Sequence record: SRR31156797_4938
Length of the DNA: 36,339 bases
Strand: one strand, 5' to 3'
The translations under genes were made by a program, and so were the position numbers. A model generated the notes under the pieces. The model was given only the letters and a program-made list of their open reading frames with translations, made no database searches and had not been told where the DNA came from. Below, piece by piece: positions 17,039-27,226 of this stretch; position 1 is the stretch's first letter, and each line of letters starts with the position of its first letter.

Positions 17039-18584
17039 TAGTACCGCCCTTGGCACCGGGAATACGGCAACGCGGGGCTGGCCCTTCCACAAGTTCAGGG
17101 CCTTCCATTATACGGCACCCGCTCTTCTCAGCCAAAGAACGGGCCATCCCTTTAAAAACAACAGCATGGAATGGATATACCGACCACCAATAAAGAATCC
17201 CTCCCAGTCCGCGTGGCAAAAACCGCGCGGTCATAGTCAGTTCGGTATCCCCGACCAAGGTATTTTCAAGACTGAATTCAAGCAGTGCTTCCCCGGGTAA
17301 TTTCATCTCCGCCAGCAGAAGCAGCCTTTCACCGGGCTGGACATCCAGCACCCGCCAAAAATCAAGGGCATCACCGACACTGACCTCAGAAGGATGCCTA
17401 CGCCCACGACGCAACCCCACCCCTCCCACAAACTTATCCAGCCAGCCGCGCATGGACCAAAGCGCATTACAGCAATACCAGCCTTCATCACCACCGATGG
17501 ATATAATTTTATTCCAGAGTTCTTCCGCACATCCCTCCAGCTTGATCCGGTAAGCTGAATGATAGACTGTCCCTCCGGAGTATCCAGCATCACCGCATAC
17601 GGCCCACTCCGGTGTTTCAAGGGTTCCTGCATCAGACCAGCAGGAATCTACAACCTCCTGCTGCACTTTGTTGAGCGCACGGCGGACAGCGGTCCGGCAA
17701 TCAGTCAATTCGCGAGGCATAATCTCGCGAATGCGATAATCCTTGCAGACTACCCGGTTACGCAAGCCCAGCACCAACGGAACAGCCAAAGAAACCGGGA
17801 CGGGGGAAACAAGACCCAGCCAATATGATGACAACTGCGGTGAAACAAATGGAACCGGAATTATCAACCGCTTATGCAATCCTGCCTCTTGCTGGTAAAT
17901 ACGGAACAGCTTTTCATACGTCTCAAAAAACGGTCCGCCAATGTCATAACTCTCCCCGGAGGTTTCAGGATGATCAAGGCAACCGGAAAGATAAAATAAA
18001 ACATCACGAATACTGATCGGCTGACTCTCTGTACGCACCCAGCGCGGTGTAATCATCACAGGCAGCCGGTCTACCAGATAGCGCAGAATTTCAAAGGAAG
18101 CACTTCCCGAACCGAGAATGACTGCCGCCTTAAGAGTGGTACAAGGAACCATTCCAGATGACAGAATATCGCCTACCTCAGCACGTGATTTCAGGTGGTG
18201 GCTGATATTCGGGTCATCAGGCACGATCCCGCCTAGATATATTATTCTCTCTACTCCGGCCTGTTCTGCTGCTTGAACAGTATTTTGCGCAGCGACACGA
18301 TCCTTCTCAGCAAAATCAGAACGGCCCGGTTGCATGGAATGCACCAGATAATAAACAGCCGCACACCCCTGCAAAGCTTTTTGCAGAGATTCACGATCAA
18401 AAAGATCAGCTTCGGTCAGCTCACAATTTTCATGAAAACTGTACGGACGGGAACGCAGCTTGGCTTGCGAACGCCCTACTGCCCGAACTTTCCAGCCCTG
18501 ATCCAAAAGTTGCGCGACAAGACGTCCACCCACATATCCGGTAGCTCCCAGCACACAAATCAATTTTTTTCGGTGATCAAACAT
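17031..18584 (-). CDS. NAD(P)-binding SDR oxidoreductase with C-terminal DUF2867 (YbjT-like)
   Basis: VLGATGYVGGRLV, YYLVHSM, HLKSR.EVG, GSGSASFE, IGG..GW, GDALDFWRV, AEMKLPG.A.LEF, F.PRGL.G..YW. Confidence 0.9.
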   Translation of the reverse strand: MFDHRKKLICVLGATGYVGGRLVAQLLDQGWKVRAVGRSQAKLRSRPYSFHENCELTEADLFDRESLQKALQGCAAVYYLVHSMQPGRSDFAEKDRVAAQNTVQAAEQAGVERIIYLGGIVPDDPNISHHLKSRAEVGDILSSGMVPCTTLKAAVILGSGSASFEILRYLVDRLPVMITPRWVRTESQPISIRDVLFYLSGCLDHPETSGESYDIGGPFFETYEKLFRIYQQEAGLHKRLIIPVPFVSPQLSSYWLGLVSPVPVSLAVPLVLGLRNRVVCKDYRIREIMPRELTDCRTAVRRALNKVQQEVVDSCWSDAGTLETPEWAVCGDAGYSGGTVYHSAYRIKLEGCAEELWNKIISIGGDEGWYCCNALWSMRGWLDKFVGGVGLRRGRRHPSEVSVGDALDFWRVLDVQPGERLLLLAEMKLPGEALLEFSLENTLVGDTELTMTARFLPRGLGGILYWWSVYPFHAVVFKGMARSLAEKSGCRIMEGPELVEGPAPRCRIPGAKGGTNG

Positions 18585-18791
18585 GGTTCCTCAGCATAAG
18601 CTTACTTTTTTACAAACTAACTCATATACAAACGGAAAACCATCGAAGAAAATACATCCTCTAAACTCATCGACCATAGGACTGAATTCAAGGCCGAACA
18701 GAACTTCACTTTTTTCATTCTTTAATGGAAAAATAGGCTTTTTTCCCATATTATTAGAATCTCGACAACTTTATGCAACGATTTAGTCTTT

Positions 18792-21263
18792 ATGGACGGT
18801 CCAAGTAAAATGAAGTCACCACAGGCAGCATTAAAAGAAGCCCAGAAGCAGGCTATGGACGCGAAAAAAAACATCAAGGCCCTCCTTGATGCAAACACGC
18901 AATCCATACTTCTTCTTGAAAATGACGGTACCGTTATTCACGTCAACCGCATAGTTGCCGACATTCTACAGACAACTCCTGAAGCACTTACAGGAAAAGA
19001 TATATTCAATTACCTGCCCCCGGATCTGGCCATATCCAGAAGACAAATGTTTGACAGCGTAGTTAAGAGTGGGAAGCCAATCAAATTCCAAGATGTAAGG
19101 GAAGGCAAGGTGGTACTGCACTCGCACTACCCGATACTTGAAGCCGGCGAAGTTGTGCGGGTGGCGATTTACGCCGAAGACATCACTGAAGTAATCAACA
19201 AAGAGCGGGAACTAGCACATAGCAAGCATCTGCAATCAGTACTCTACGAAATCATCTGCCAATTCAATTCAGCGAAGACTCTGAACGATTTGATGCGCTC
19301 GATCCATGAAATAATGCTCAAGGAGCTTAATGCTAAAAATTTCTATATCGCCCTAATTAATCAAGAACTTGAAGAGCTGACATTCACATATTGTGTAGAT
19401 GAAGGGTTTAACAAGTACCCACCGATTCAAAATATATACGATCCCAAAAATAACAGGATAAGTCTGCTACCTATTCAAAAAAACGAGATTATCCAATTAA
19501 CCCGACAGGATATAATTAAATCCGCTGAAGTCGGTTCATTGGACATTATGGGCCGGATTCCGGAAATATGGATCGGGGTCCCCATGCAGGTACGCAATAC
19601 ACCTATCGGAGTGCTGGTCATTCAGGATTATGAAAATTCCGACATCTTTTCCGGTGAAGATATCCAGCTGTTTTCAGCCTGCTCCCACCAGATAGCTTTG
19701 GCAATTGAACGGAAAAAATATGACTCCGCTATCCGGGAAAGCGAGGAACAATACCGGGCCCTTTTTGAAAACAATCACTCAGTAATGCTGATTATCGATC
19801 CGGAAACAGGAAAAATACGGGACACGAACAAAGCTGCATCCGAATTTTACGGATTTACCCATGAGGAACTGAAAGCCAAAACAATATTTGAACTCAATGC
19901 CTTGCCCCGCGCCGAAGTCATTGCGAACATGGCGAAAGCGCAAAAGACTGATTTGGCAAACTTTATATTTCAGCATCGTTGTAAAAGCGGTAGAATAATG
20001 GATGTTGAAGTCTTTTCCGGACCATTCAACCACAATGGGAAGACCCTGCTGATATCCATCATCCACGACATCACCAAACGACTCAAGAATGAACAAGAGC
20101 TCTCCGCAGCCAAAGAAGCCGCTATCCTCGCCAACAAAACCAAAGATGAATTTCTGGCCAACATCAGTCACGAAATCAGAACTCCGTTAAACGGCGTGAT
20201 GGGAATGCTGCAAGTTATGGACTCTACCAAACTCAAGCAGGAACATAAAAATTGCATCAATGTCGCCTTGCAATCTTCTCGCAATCTGCTCCGCGTTCTT
20301 GATGATCTTCTGGATCTTTCAAAAGCGGAGATGGGGACCCTTGACCTTTTTGAAGATAAATTTTCCCTCAACAAACTATTGGTAGACAGCATCAACCTGT
20401 TTAAACTGCAAGCTGAGGACAAAGAAATTGAATTGTCATATTCCATCGTCCCTCAAGTGGAGTCATATTATTTAGGGGATGAAGGACGCATTAGACAGAT
20501 TATCTTTAACCTGATTGGTAACAGCATTAAATTTACTGAACACGGTGCAATTACGGTTAAAGTGAAAGCAAGTCCGGTCTCTTCTCATGATAAGTGCAAC
20601 ATATCCTTTACTGTAAGCGACACCGGAATAGGCATACCCAAGGATTATCAGGAACGCATTTTTGATTCATTCACTCAGGTGGATGGCTCACTTTCAAGGC
20701 GCTACAAGGGTGCAGGACTGGGGCTTGCTATCGTAAAAAGACTTATCGAACTCATGGACGGGACAATTGCAATTAAAAGTACACCGCATGTCGGTACTAC
20801 GATCAGCTTTACAATCACTCTAAGAATTGCAGCCCCCCCGGATCCAGGCCAAAATAAGCAGTCCGATTCTACGGGCAAAACACCTAAATTACACGTCCTG
20901 CTGGTTGAAGACGAGCCGGTCAACAGAATGATGGCCCGCAAACTGCTCGAAAGAATGGGGCACAAAGTAAGTTGTGCGGCAAACGGAGCCGAGTGTCTTG
21001 AAATTCTAAGCACAGATATTTTTGACACCATTCTTATGGATATCCAGATGCCTATCATGGATGGACTGGAAGCAACCCGGACAATCCGTACCTCAAATAA
21101 TTTTATCAACGTCCGAGACATCCCAATCATCGCTCTTTCCGCCCATGCAAACAAAGAAAGCAGATATTCAGCCCTTGAAGCCGGAGTGAACGGTTACCTG
21201 TGCAAACCATTTGAAATGAAAGATCTTGAAAGAATTATAGCAGGGACAGTGAACAGAGATTAA
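18792..21263 (+). CDS. Hybrid sensor histidine kinase (PAS-GAF-PAS-HisKA-HATPase-REC), cytoplasmic
   Basis: FLANISHEIRTPLNG H-box, NLIGNSIKFT, DTGIGI, FTQ.D, GAGLGL; REC LLVEDE, LMDIQMP.MDG, KPF; no TM segments; start may be 18810. Confidence 0.95.
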   Translation: MDGPSKMKSPQAALKEAQKQAMDAKKNIKALLDANTQSILLLENDGTVIHVNRIVADILQTTPEALTGKDIFNYLPPDLAISRRQMFDSVVKSGKPIKFQDVREGKVVLHSHYPILEAGEVVRVAIYAEDITEVINKERELAHSKHLQSVLYEIICQFNSAKTLNDLMRSIHEIMLKELNAKNFYIALINQELEELTFTYCVDEGFNKYPPIQNIYDPKNNRISLLPIQKNEIIQLTRQDIIKSAEVGSLDIMGRIPEIWIGVPMQVRNTPIGVLVIQDYENSDIFSGEDIQLFSACSHQIALAIERKKYDSAIRESEEQYRALFENNHSVMLIIDPETGKIRDTNKAASEFYGFTHEELKAKTIFELNALPRAEVIANMAKAQKTDLANFIFQHRCKSGRIMDVEVFSGPFNHNGKTLLISIIHDITKRLKNEQELSAAKEAAILANKTKDEFLANISHEIRTPLNGVMGMLQVMDSTKLKQEHKNCINVALQSSRNLLRVLDDLLDLSKAEMGTLDLFEDKFSLNKLLVDSINLFKLQAEDKEIELSYSIVPQVESYYLGDEGRIRQIIFNLIGNSIKFTEHGAITVKVKASPVSSHDKCNISFTVSDTGIGIPKDYQERIFDSFTQVDGSLSRRYKGAGLGLAIVKRLIELMDGTIAIKSTPHVGTTISFTITLRIAAPPDPGQNKQSDSTGKTPKLHVLLVEDEPVNRMMARKLLERMGHKVSCAANGAECLEILSTDIFDTILMDIQMPIMDGLEATRTIRTSNNFINVRDIPIIALSAHANKESRYSALEAGVNGYLCKPFEMKDLERIIAGTVNRD

Positions 21264-21377
21264 CCAGTCCCCCCGAAGCCAACTCCTGAAAGAGTTGACA
21301 CAAGGGTATTTTCAAAGGCATTGATTTGAACTTGGCGGATTACTCAAATAAAACGGAAACAAATGAATGGAGTTTTT

Positions 21378-21761
21378 ATGACTCAATATGCAGATATTTT
21401 TGATCAGGAAATGATGACAACCCTCTTTCCGAAAGACAGGACCAACGATTTCTTCGAGGCCCTTTTCGGCGATGCAGATGAAGGCAGTTACGATATTTCC
21501 CTTGCTTACGCCGGAGACAACGGCAACACAGTCAATTTTGAACTGCAGCTGCAACAGCGTCCGGGATGCTGTCTGGCCTGCAACTTAACATACGGACTGC
21601 CGCAGGTTTTCTCCCGCCATCCGATCATCAACATTCAGGGTGTCGCAGAAAAAGTAGGCGAAGCAGTAGGCAAGCCCGAGAACGTCACTTGGAAGCTTGG
21701 TGCAACTCAAGAAAAAAGCAGAGAGCTCCATGTAATTCCTCTTTCCATAAGCCTGAGCTAA
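21378..21761 (+). CDS. Hypothetical protein with CCLAC motif
   Basis: GGAG RBS before ATG 21378; FFEALFGD, RPGCCLACNLTYGLPQVFSRHP; followed by a hairpin. Confidence 0.8.
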   Translation: MTQYADIFDQEMMTTLFPKDRTNDFFEALFGDADEGSYDISLAYAGDNGNTVNFELQLQQRPGCCLACNLTYGLPQVFSRHPIINIQGVAEKVGEAVGKPENVTWKLGATQEKSRELHVIPLSISLS

Positions 21762-21789
21762 GCGTACAATATATTTTAAAATACAAATC

Positions 21790-21821
21790 AGGCCCGTGCC
21801 CGCCATATAGGACACGGGCCT
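21790..21821 (+). terminator. Hairpin/terminator
   Basis: AGGCCCGTGCCC...GGACACGGGCCT; no clear U tract. Confidence 0.5.
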
Positions 21822-21926
21822 AAAGCCGCTTAAAAGCAAAATCACGCATTTATAATGTAAATTCGGTTGAATGTAACCTGATGAAAAGGTAATATATATA
21901 GAAATTAACCACTTCAGGAGCGGGGA

Positions 21927-23018
21927 ATGCTTGAAGAGCTTCGGTACGGTATCTTTTCCAATAATTCCAAACACATTTCAAATGACAGGCTGACTTTAGT
22001 CGGACTTGGCGCATCTGATATATATGTTTATTCCACTTGGGATAATGCTATAAGTGCACTGGAAAACGGCGAAATTGATGTAGCCCTTGTAGATGAATCA
22101 CTGCACGACACCTCCGGTGCGGATTGCGTCAGAAGGATGCGCCGCCACGCTATGCGTTCCCTCCCGGTAATCATGGTCACCCCGGACAAACGCAAAGAAT
22201 CCGTACTCAACTCAATTGCCGCCGGAGTAGGGGGCTATGTGCTACGTCCGTACAGCATGGAAACCCTTAAGCGCCACGTCTTTGCTGCATACATGAGTGC
22301 CAGCCCAGATGAAATTGAAAAAGAACTGCTTAATTCATCGTGGGACCTTGTGGCCAACGGTAGCTTTGACGAAGCAATCGACAGCTTTTCCGAAATTATT
22401 GAAGAAGTAACCGAAGCAGACAAGAACCCTGCAGAAGAATATTTCGATAAGGGGTTGAATTTCCTTTCACAAGAAAAATTCGGCAAAGCCATCATCGCCT
22501 TTAACAAGGCAATAGCTCTCAATGAAATGTATGCTGAAGCGTACAAAGGTATGGCCGATGCGTACAAAGGCAAGGGTGATGCAGATAACTATCAGGATTA
22601 CCTGAATAAAGCTGCTGATATCTACGCTGTTCAAGATAAACTTGATAATGTGAAGGAACTTTTCGTTGAAATTCTCCAAAACGAACCGGATGCAGTCAAC
22701 CCCTTCAACCGTCTTGGAGTAAAACTCCGCAAGGATGGAGATTATCAGGGAGCCATCAAGGCCTATCATCAGGCCTGCACTTTCACTCCCAACGATGCCA
22801 ACCTTTATTATAACATGGCCCGTGCATACACCTATGCAAAGGATTATGAAAGCGCCCTGAACTACACCGAACTCAGCTTACGCCTTGACTCCAGCCTTGA
22901 ACCTTCAAGATCTTTACACTCACAAATCGTCAAAATGCTTGAGAAGCAACAAAAAGAACAGCCCGACACAGACGAAAACTCTCCCAAAGTCAGCATTGAC
23001 GATGAACTTGAAGAATAG
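21927..23018 (+). CDS. Atypical receiver domain plus TPR protein
   Basis: REC-like IDVALVD..L...SG, PVIMVT, G..GYVLRPY; TPRs (YFDKG...AIIAFNKAI, FNRLGVKLRK, LYYNMARAY); AGGAG RBS. Confidence 0.88.
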   Translation: MLEELRYGIFSNNSKHISNDRLTLVGLGASDIYVYSTWDNAISALENGEIDVALVDESLHDTSGADCVRRMRRHAMRSLPVIMVTPDKRKESVLNSIAAGVGGYVLRPYSMETLKRHVFAAYMSASPDEIEKELLNSSWDLVANGSFDEAIDSFSEIIEEVTEADKNPAEEYFDKGLNFLSQEKFGKAIIAFNKAIALNEMYAEAYKGMADAYKGKGDADNYQDYLNKAADIYAVQDKLDNVKELFVEILQNEPDAVNPFNRLGVKLRKDGDYQGAIKAYHQACTFTPNDANLYYNMARAYTYAKDYESALNYTELSLRLDSSLEPSRSLHSQIVKMLEKQQKEQPDTDENSPKVSIDDELEE

Positions 23019-23029
23019 CTTTCGCCAAA

Positions 23030-23512
23030 CTAAACGCGTTTCTCAAGTTCCAGCAGCTTTTGCTTAATTCTTGTGCCGTGCGCAAATCCTCCCAGACTTC
23101 CGTTAGCAGCAATTACCCGATGGCAGGGAATGACCAGCGGCACAGGATTTTTTCCATTGGCACCCCCCACAGCCCTGCTCGCATTTTCATTTCCCAGCGC
23201 AGTCGCAATCTCTTTGTAAGACCTTGTCTCCCCGCAAGGAATATTGCACAATTCCGCCCAAACACGCTTTTGAAAATCCGTACCCAGCGGATTTAACTTC
23301 ACATCAAACTGTGTTCTCTCCCCCGCCAAGAACTCCTCTATCTGTCCCCTTATATCTGTAAAAAATTCGTCATTGCGCACCCAAGCAGGATTAATTTTAA
23401 AGACACGTTGCCCTTCTCCGGTCTGCATATGCAAATGAGACAAGCCATCCCTGCTGCCAGCCAGAATAATTTCGCAAAGCGGGGTAACGAACCTTGTATA
23501 AAAAGTACTCAT
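23030..23512 (-). CDS. ogt: Methylated-DNA--protein-cysteine methyltransferase
   Basis: GTDFQKRVW, IP.GETRSY, RAVGGANGKNP, IPCHRVI active site; GGAGG RBS. Confidence 0.96.
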   Translation of the reverse strand: MSTFYTRFVTPLCEIILAGSRDGLSHLHMQTGEGQRVFKINPAWVRNDEFFTDIRGQIEEFLAGERTQFDVKLNPLGTDFQKRVWAELCNIPCGETRSYKEIATALGNENASRAVGGANGKNPVPLVIPCHRVIAANGSLGGFAHGTRIKQKLLELEKRV

Positions 23513-23748
23513 AATTATTTACCTCCAAAATAACTCAAAAAAATAAATCCCCGTTCTTGCCACAGTCATCAGGATAAGTATCTACAACCCGGTTTTTAGC
23601 AAGCAGTTTTCGTAACTGACATTGAAAAATATTTTTAAGGATGAAAATAGCCTCGGCCCCCTCATTTCATCCAAAATGCTGATCTATGGTCTTGTAAAAC
23701 AATCTAAAAAGAATTTCCATAAACGGAAACATTCAACATGGAGAAAAA

Positions 23749-24048
23749 ATGATAACTCTTACCGCAAAAGTTCAAGCTGCCGAAAGTAAAGAACGGGAAC
23801 TTGAAGCAGTACTGCGCGAACTGGTCAAAGCCACCGCAACCGAAGAAGGTTCTGTAGAATACAGGCTGCACCGTCTTGTTGATACTCCCGGGGCATTCCG
23901 CTTTGTTGAAAAATTCAAAGATCAGGCAGCCTTCGACTTCCACTCCAACTCTGAACATTTCAAAGCAGCCGTAGAAAGAATCGGCGCACTTACCACAGGT
24001 GATGGAGAGCTTGAAATGCTGGAATTGATCGATTCTATTCCTGAATAA
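23749..24048 (+). CDS. Antibiotic biosynthesis monooxygenase (ABM)/putative quinol monooxygenase
   Basis: 99 aa; EEG.VEY.L, F.F.E.F.D..A...H..SEHF; GGAGA RBS. Confidence 0.88.
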   Translation: MITLTAKVQAAESKERELEAVLRELVKATATEEGSVEYRLHRLVDTPGAFRFVEKFKDQAAFDFHSNSEHFKAAVERIGALTTGDGELEMLELIDSIPE

Positions 24049-24082
24049 AAAAGAGCGGATTCCTTGTGGAATCCGCTCTTTT
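24047..24082. terminator. Bidirectional Rho-independent terminator
   Basis: AAAAAGAGCGGATTCC-TTGT-GGAATCCGCTCTTTT between convergent genes. Confidence 0.9.
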
Positions 24083-24086
24083 ACTT

Positions 24087-25238
24087 TTATACAAGTTTGT
24101 TTCGCCGTGCCATCCAGATCAAAGAAAGCAATGGTACAAGCCCGCCGAGAATTCCCATCTCACCAATCACGCTAATCTTTGACGACCAATCAAAAGATAT
24201 CAGCTCCATGGCTATGGCACCGAAGATAAAATAGGTAAAGGTCAAAAGAGCTGAAGCAGCGCCGATGTCCCGGTCTACGGTCTCAAGAATCATGTGATTG
24301 CTGATGGGCCGACTGACCCCGATGGAAAATGTCATCAAGAACATGGGCGCGGCAAAGGAGTACTCCGTACCGCCCATCACCAGCACGCCAACACTGGCCA
24401 GCATCACCCCGATTAATGATACTTTGAGGATGGACATGGACGAATAGCCCACACACAGCCTTGAGCAGGTAAATGATCCGGTCATGAAACCAATGGCGTT
24501 AAAACCGAAGAACATGGCGTACTGCTGCTCATTCATTCCGAACCCGCGAATATAAATATCTGCCGATCCGGCCAGAAATCCAAAAAATCCAATACCAATC
24601 ACAGAGAAAGCAAAGCAGTAAGTGCTAAACTCAACATTTTTGAGCACTACCAGATAGCGGGAGAGCATACTCAAAATTCCGCCCTCGGTCTTTTCAAATT
24701 CCGGTTCCTTGAACACCAGTGTGCCGTAGAAAGCCATGGAAGCCAGCACAGCCTGACAGGCAAAAATCCATTTCCAAGACAAAAACTCAAGCATCATGCT
24801 ACCCATCATGGGCGCCACCATGGGGCATAAAGGAATGATAACCCCGATGTAAGCCAACACCTTCTGGCGCTCTGTACCGGTATAGAGATCTTTTGCCAGC
24901 GCCATGGAAAGAGCCGAGGCCGAAGCCGCTCCAGCAGCCTGTACAATGCGGGCCGTAACCAGAAACCAGATATTGGTGGACAAAGCGCAAAGCACACTGC
25001 CCAATACGTATATTCCAACCCCGCCGATCAGCACAGGTTTACGCCCGTATTTGTCAGACAGCGGGCCGTATATGAGCATGAAAAAGCTGAAAAAAATAAA
25101 AAAGAGCACCAGTGATAGATTCACTTCGGCAAGGGAAATACCCCACTGTTCCTGAATGGTCGGTAGTGCGGGAAGATACATATCCGTAGACAAGGCGGGG
25201 AAAGCCGCCAGCATAGTGATAAAAAGAAAATTTGGCAT
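24087..25238 (-). CDS. Bcr/CflA family multidrug MFS transporter
   Basis: STDMYLPALP, YGPLSDKYGRKPVL, AR..QA.G; about 12 TM segments. Confidence 0.93.
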   Translation of the reverse strand: MPNFLFITMLAAFPALSTDMYLPALPTIQEQWGISLAEVNLSLVLFFIFFSFFMLIYGPLSDKYGRKPVLIGGVGIYVLGSVLCALSTNIWFLVTARIVQAAGAASASALSMALAKDLYTGTERQKVLAYIGVIIPLCPMVAPMMGSMMLEFLSWKWIFACQAVLASMAFYGTLVFKEPEFEKTEGGILSMLSRYLVVLKNVEFSTYCFAFSVIGIGFFGFLAGSADIYIRGFGMNEQQYAMFFGFNAIGFMTGSFTCSRLCVGYSSMSILKVSLIGVMLASVGVLVMGGTEYSFAAPMFLMTFSIGVSRPISNHMILETVDRDIGAASALLTFTYFIFGAIAMELISFDWSSKISVIGEMGILGGLVPLLSLIWMARRNKLV

Positions 25239-25470
25239 AGCAATACGTTTTTTAAAGTAAATGGAAAAGAATCAACTCAGATAAAAAGCGGAAATATTGT
25301 GTGGGAAAATGCGATCATGCAATAGAGCGGAAAATAAGATTTGCAGATAGTAGGCCTCTACTGACGACAGGTCAACAGTTAATATTGCTATATAAAGACA
25401 TCTTAACAATTCTTAATAATAACCGGAACCCACTATAATAATTATGCAAAAGTTCCATCTCTTTCTATAA

Positions 25471-25542
25471 TTCAAACATCGTTTGAAATAGTGCTTGACT
25501 GACATCAGATCGAATCATACAAAGCTTCAAACAGCGTTTTAA
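25471..25542 (+). promoter_or_regulatory. TetR promoter flanked by two operators
   Basis: TTCAAAC-ATC-GTTTGAA (25471-25487) and TTCAAAC-AGC-GTTTTAA (25526-25542) flank TTGACT-N17-TACAAA (25495-25523). Confidence 0.75.
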
Positions 25543-25560
25543 TTCTTATCGGAGAAATAT

Positions 25561-26196
25561 ATGAGCGATCAAAGCACCAAAGAACGGATTTTGGAAGCCG
25601 CCAGCCGCGTCTTCTGTGAGAAAGGCTTCAAAGCCACAACCGTACGCGACATCTGTGCCGAAGCTGATGCCAATGTAGCAGCCATAAACTATCACTTCGG
25701 GGATAAACGCAAACTTTATTATCAAGTACTGAAAATGTGGATGGATGAAATGATGACCGGTGCAGACAGACAGGAAGGCATTACTAAAGAATCCACCATA
25801 GAGGAACGGCTTCGAGCATACATTTACGGAGAACTCAGAACGTTATGCACTTATGATGACCCTGAAAAAATCAAGAAAAGAAAAATTCACTTACTTTTTG
25901 AAGAGTATGTCTCAGAAGATTGCGATCCCGAACTTTTCAAATGCCACGAAGAAATAGACGGAGAGTTGTTAACTCCAATAATCCGAGAAGTACTGGCCCC
26001 CATAGAAGATGAAGAAATTATCAAACAAGCTCATATCGCTGCCAGCGGAGTACTGGTTCACCACTATTTGGCAATTATTCACTACCCTGAAGGTGAAATT
26101 GAATCCGAAGAAAAACTTCAAACTATGGTCGATTTTTATACCACTTTCATTCTCGGTTCCCTGAAAGCCACTAAGGAAAAATACCATGCAAAATAA
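25561..26196 (+). CDS. TetR/AcrR family regulator (CecR/CerR-like)
   Basis: TKERILEAA..VF.EKGF.ATTVRDIC..A.ANVAAINYHFGDK..LY. Confidence 0.93.
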   Translation: MSDQSTKERILEAASRVFCEKGFKATTVRDICAEADANVAAINYHFGDKRKLYYQVLKMWMDEMMTGADRQEGITKESTIEERLRAYIYGELRTLCTYDDPEKIKKRKIHLLFEEYVSEDCDPELFKCHEEIDGELLTPIIREVLAPIEDEEIIKQAHIAASGVLVHHYLAIIHYPEGEIESEEKLQTMVDFYTTFILGSLKATKEKYHAK

Positions 26197-27226
26197 ATAT
26201 TTAATCCCTCTTACTCTGGCAATACTGCTTTTAGCGCTCTACGGTTGTGAATCAGATAAACAGACCGAAGCCAACACCGCCGCTCCGGATAGATCAGTCC
26301 GGGTCGGGACAATTGAAGTTGTCCCGGTAACCATTGAAGACATGCTGATCCTGCCCGGTGAAACTGAGCCGGACAAGGATGTCTGTGTATCTTCCGAATC
26401 CGCCGGAACTGTTGTCTGGCTGGGTGTTAAAGAAGGTGATCACGTGCGCAAAGGGCAGCTCATTGCCCGCCTTGACGGAGCTTCCAGCGGAGCAAAATTT
26501 GACCGCGCCAAAGCAGCCAAGAAGCTAGCCGCAGAACAGCTGCGCCGCCGCAAGGAACTGCTCAAAAAAGGTGTCCTTGCACAGGAAGAATACGACCAGA
26601 TCAAGGCTGAACTTGAGCAAAGCGAAGCTTCACTCAAAGAGATGCTGGTCAACGTAGAATACGGTATCGTGCGCGCTCCCATAGCGGGAGTGGTCAACAA
26701 ACGTTACATTGACCGTGGCGAACGTCTGGAAGTGGGTTCCAATGTCGTTGATATCGTGGATTCCTCCAGCATCAAAACCATTATCAACGTTCCGGAAATG
26801 GATATTTCCTATATCAAGAAAGGCCAGAGAGTGACCGTATCCGTTGACGCTCTGCCCGGTAAAACTTGGAATGGTGTAATCGACTTCGTATCCTTCACGG
26901 CAGATAAATTTTCCAAAACATTTGAAACAAAAGTCATCACGGACAATTCTGCCGGAGAAATCCGCGCCGGAATGCTCGCCCGCGTATCACTCTTACGGCG
27001 CACTGTGACCGATGCTGTAACCACCCCCCTCTCCGCCATCATCAATCAGGGCGGAGAACGGATCATCTACGTTGAAAAAGACGGCGTAGCTCAGGTGCGT
27101 ACAATTGAACTCGGTGTGATTGACGGCACCCGTGCCCAGATTACCAAAGGCCTCAAAACCGGGGAAAAGCTAATCATAGCCGGGCATACCATGGTTGAAG
27201 ACGGCACAAAGGTGGTGGCCCAGTGA
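26186..27226 (+). CDS. RND efflux periplasmic adaptor (MFP) lipoprotein
   Basis: Lipobox LYGC; VKEGD.V.KGQLIARLD, VRAPIAGVV, GL..GEK.I..G. Confidence 0.93.
   Translation: MQNKYLIPLTLAILLLALYGCESDKQTEANTAAPDRSVRVGTIEVVPVTIEDMLILPGETEPDKDVCVSSESAGTVVWLGVKEGDHVRKGQLIARLDGASSGAKFDRAKAAKKLAAEQLRRRKELLKKGVLAQEEYDQIKAELEQSEASLKEMLVNVEYGIVRAPIAGVVNKRYIDRGERLEVGSNVVDIVDSSSIKTIINVPEMDISYIKKGQRVTVSVDALPGKTWNGVIDFVSFTADKFSKTFETKVITDNSAGEIRAGMLARVSLLRRTVTDAVTTPLSAIINQGGERIIYVEKDGVAQVRTIELGVIDGTRAQITKGLKTGEKLIIAGHTMVEDGTKVVAQ

Noticed and set aside
23549-23605. Possible Ada-type or repeated site upstream of ogt
   Set aside because: Only a loose resemblance between two short segments; no ada gene in the window.
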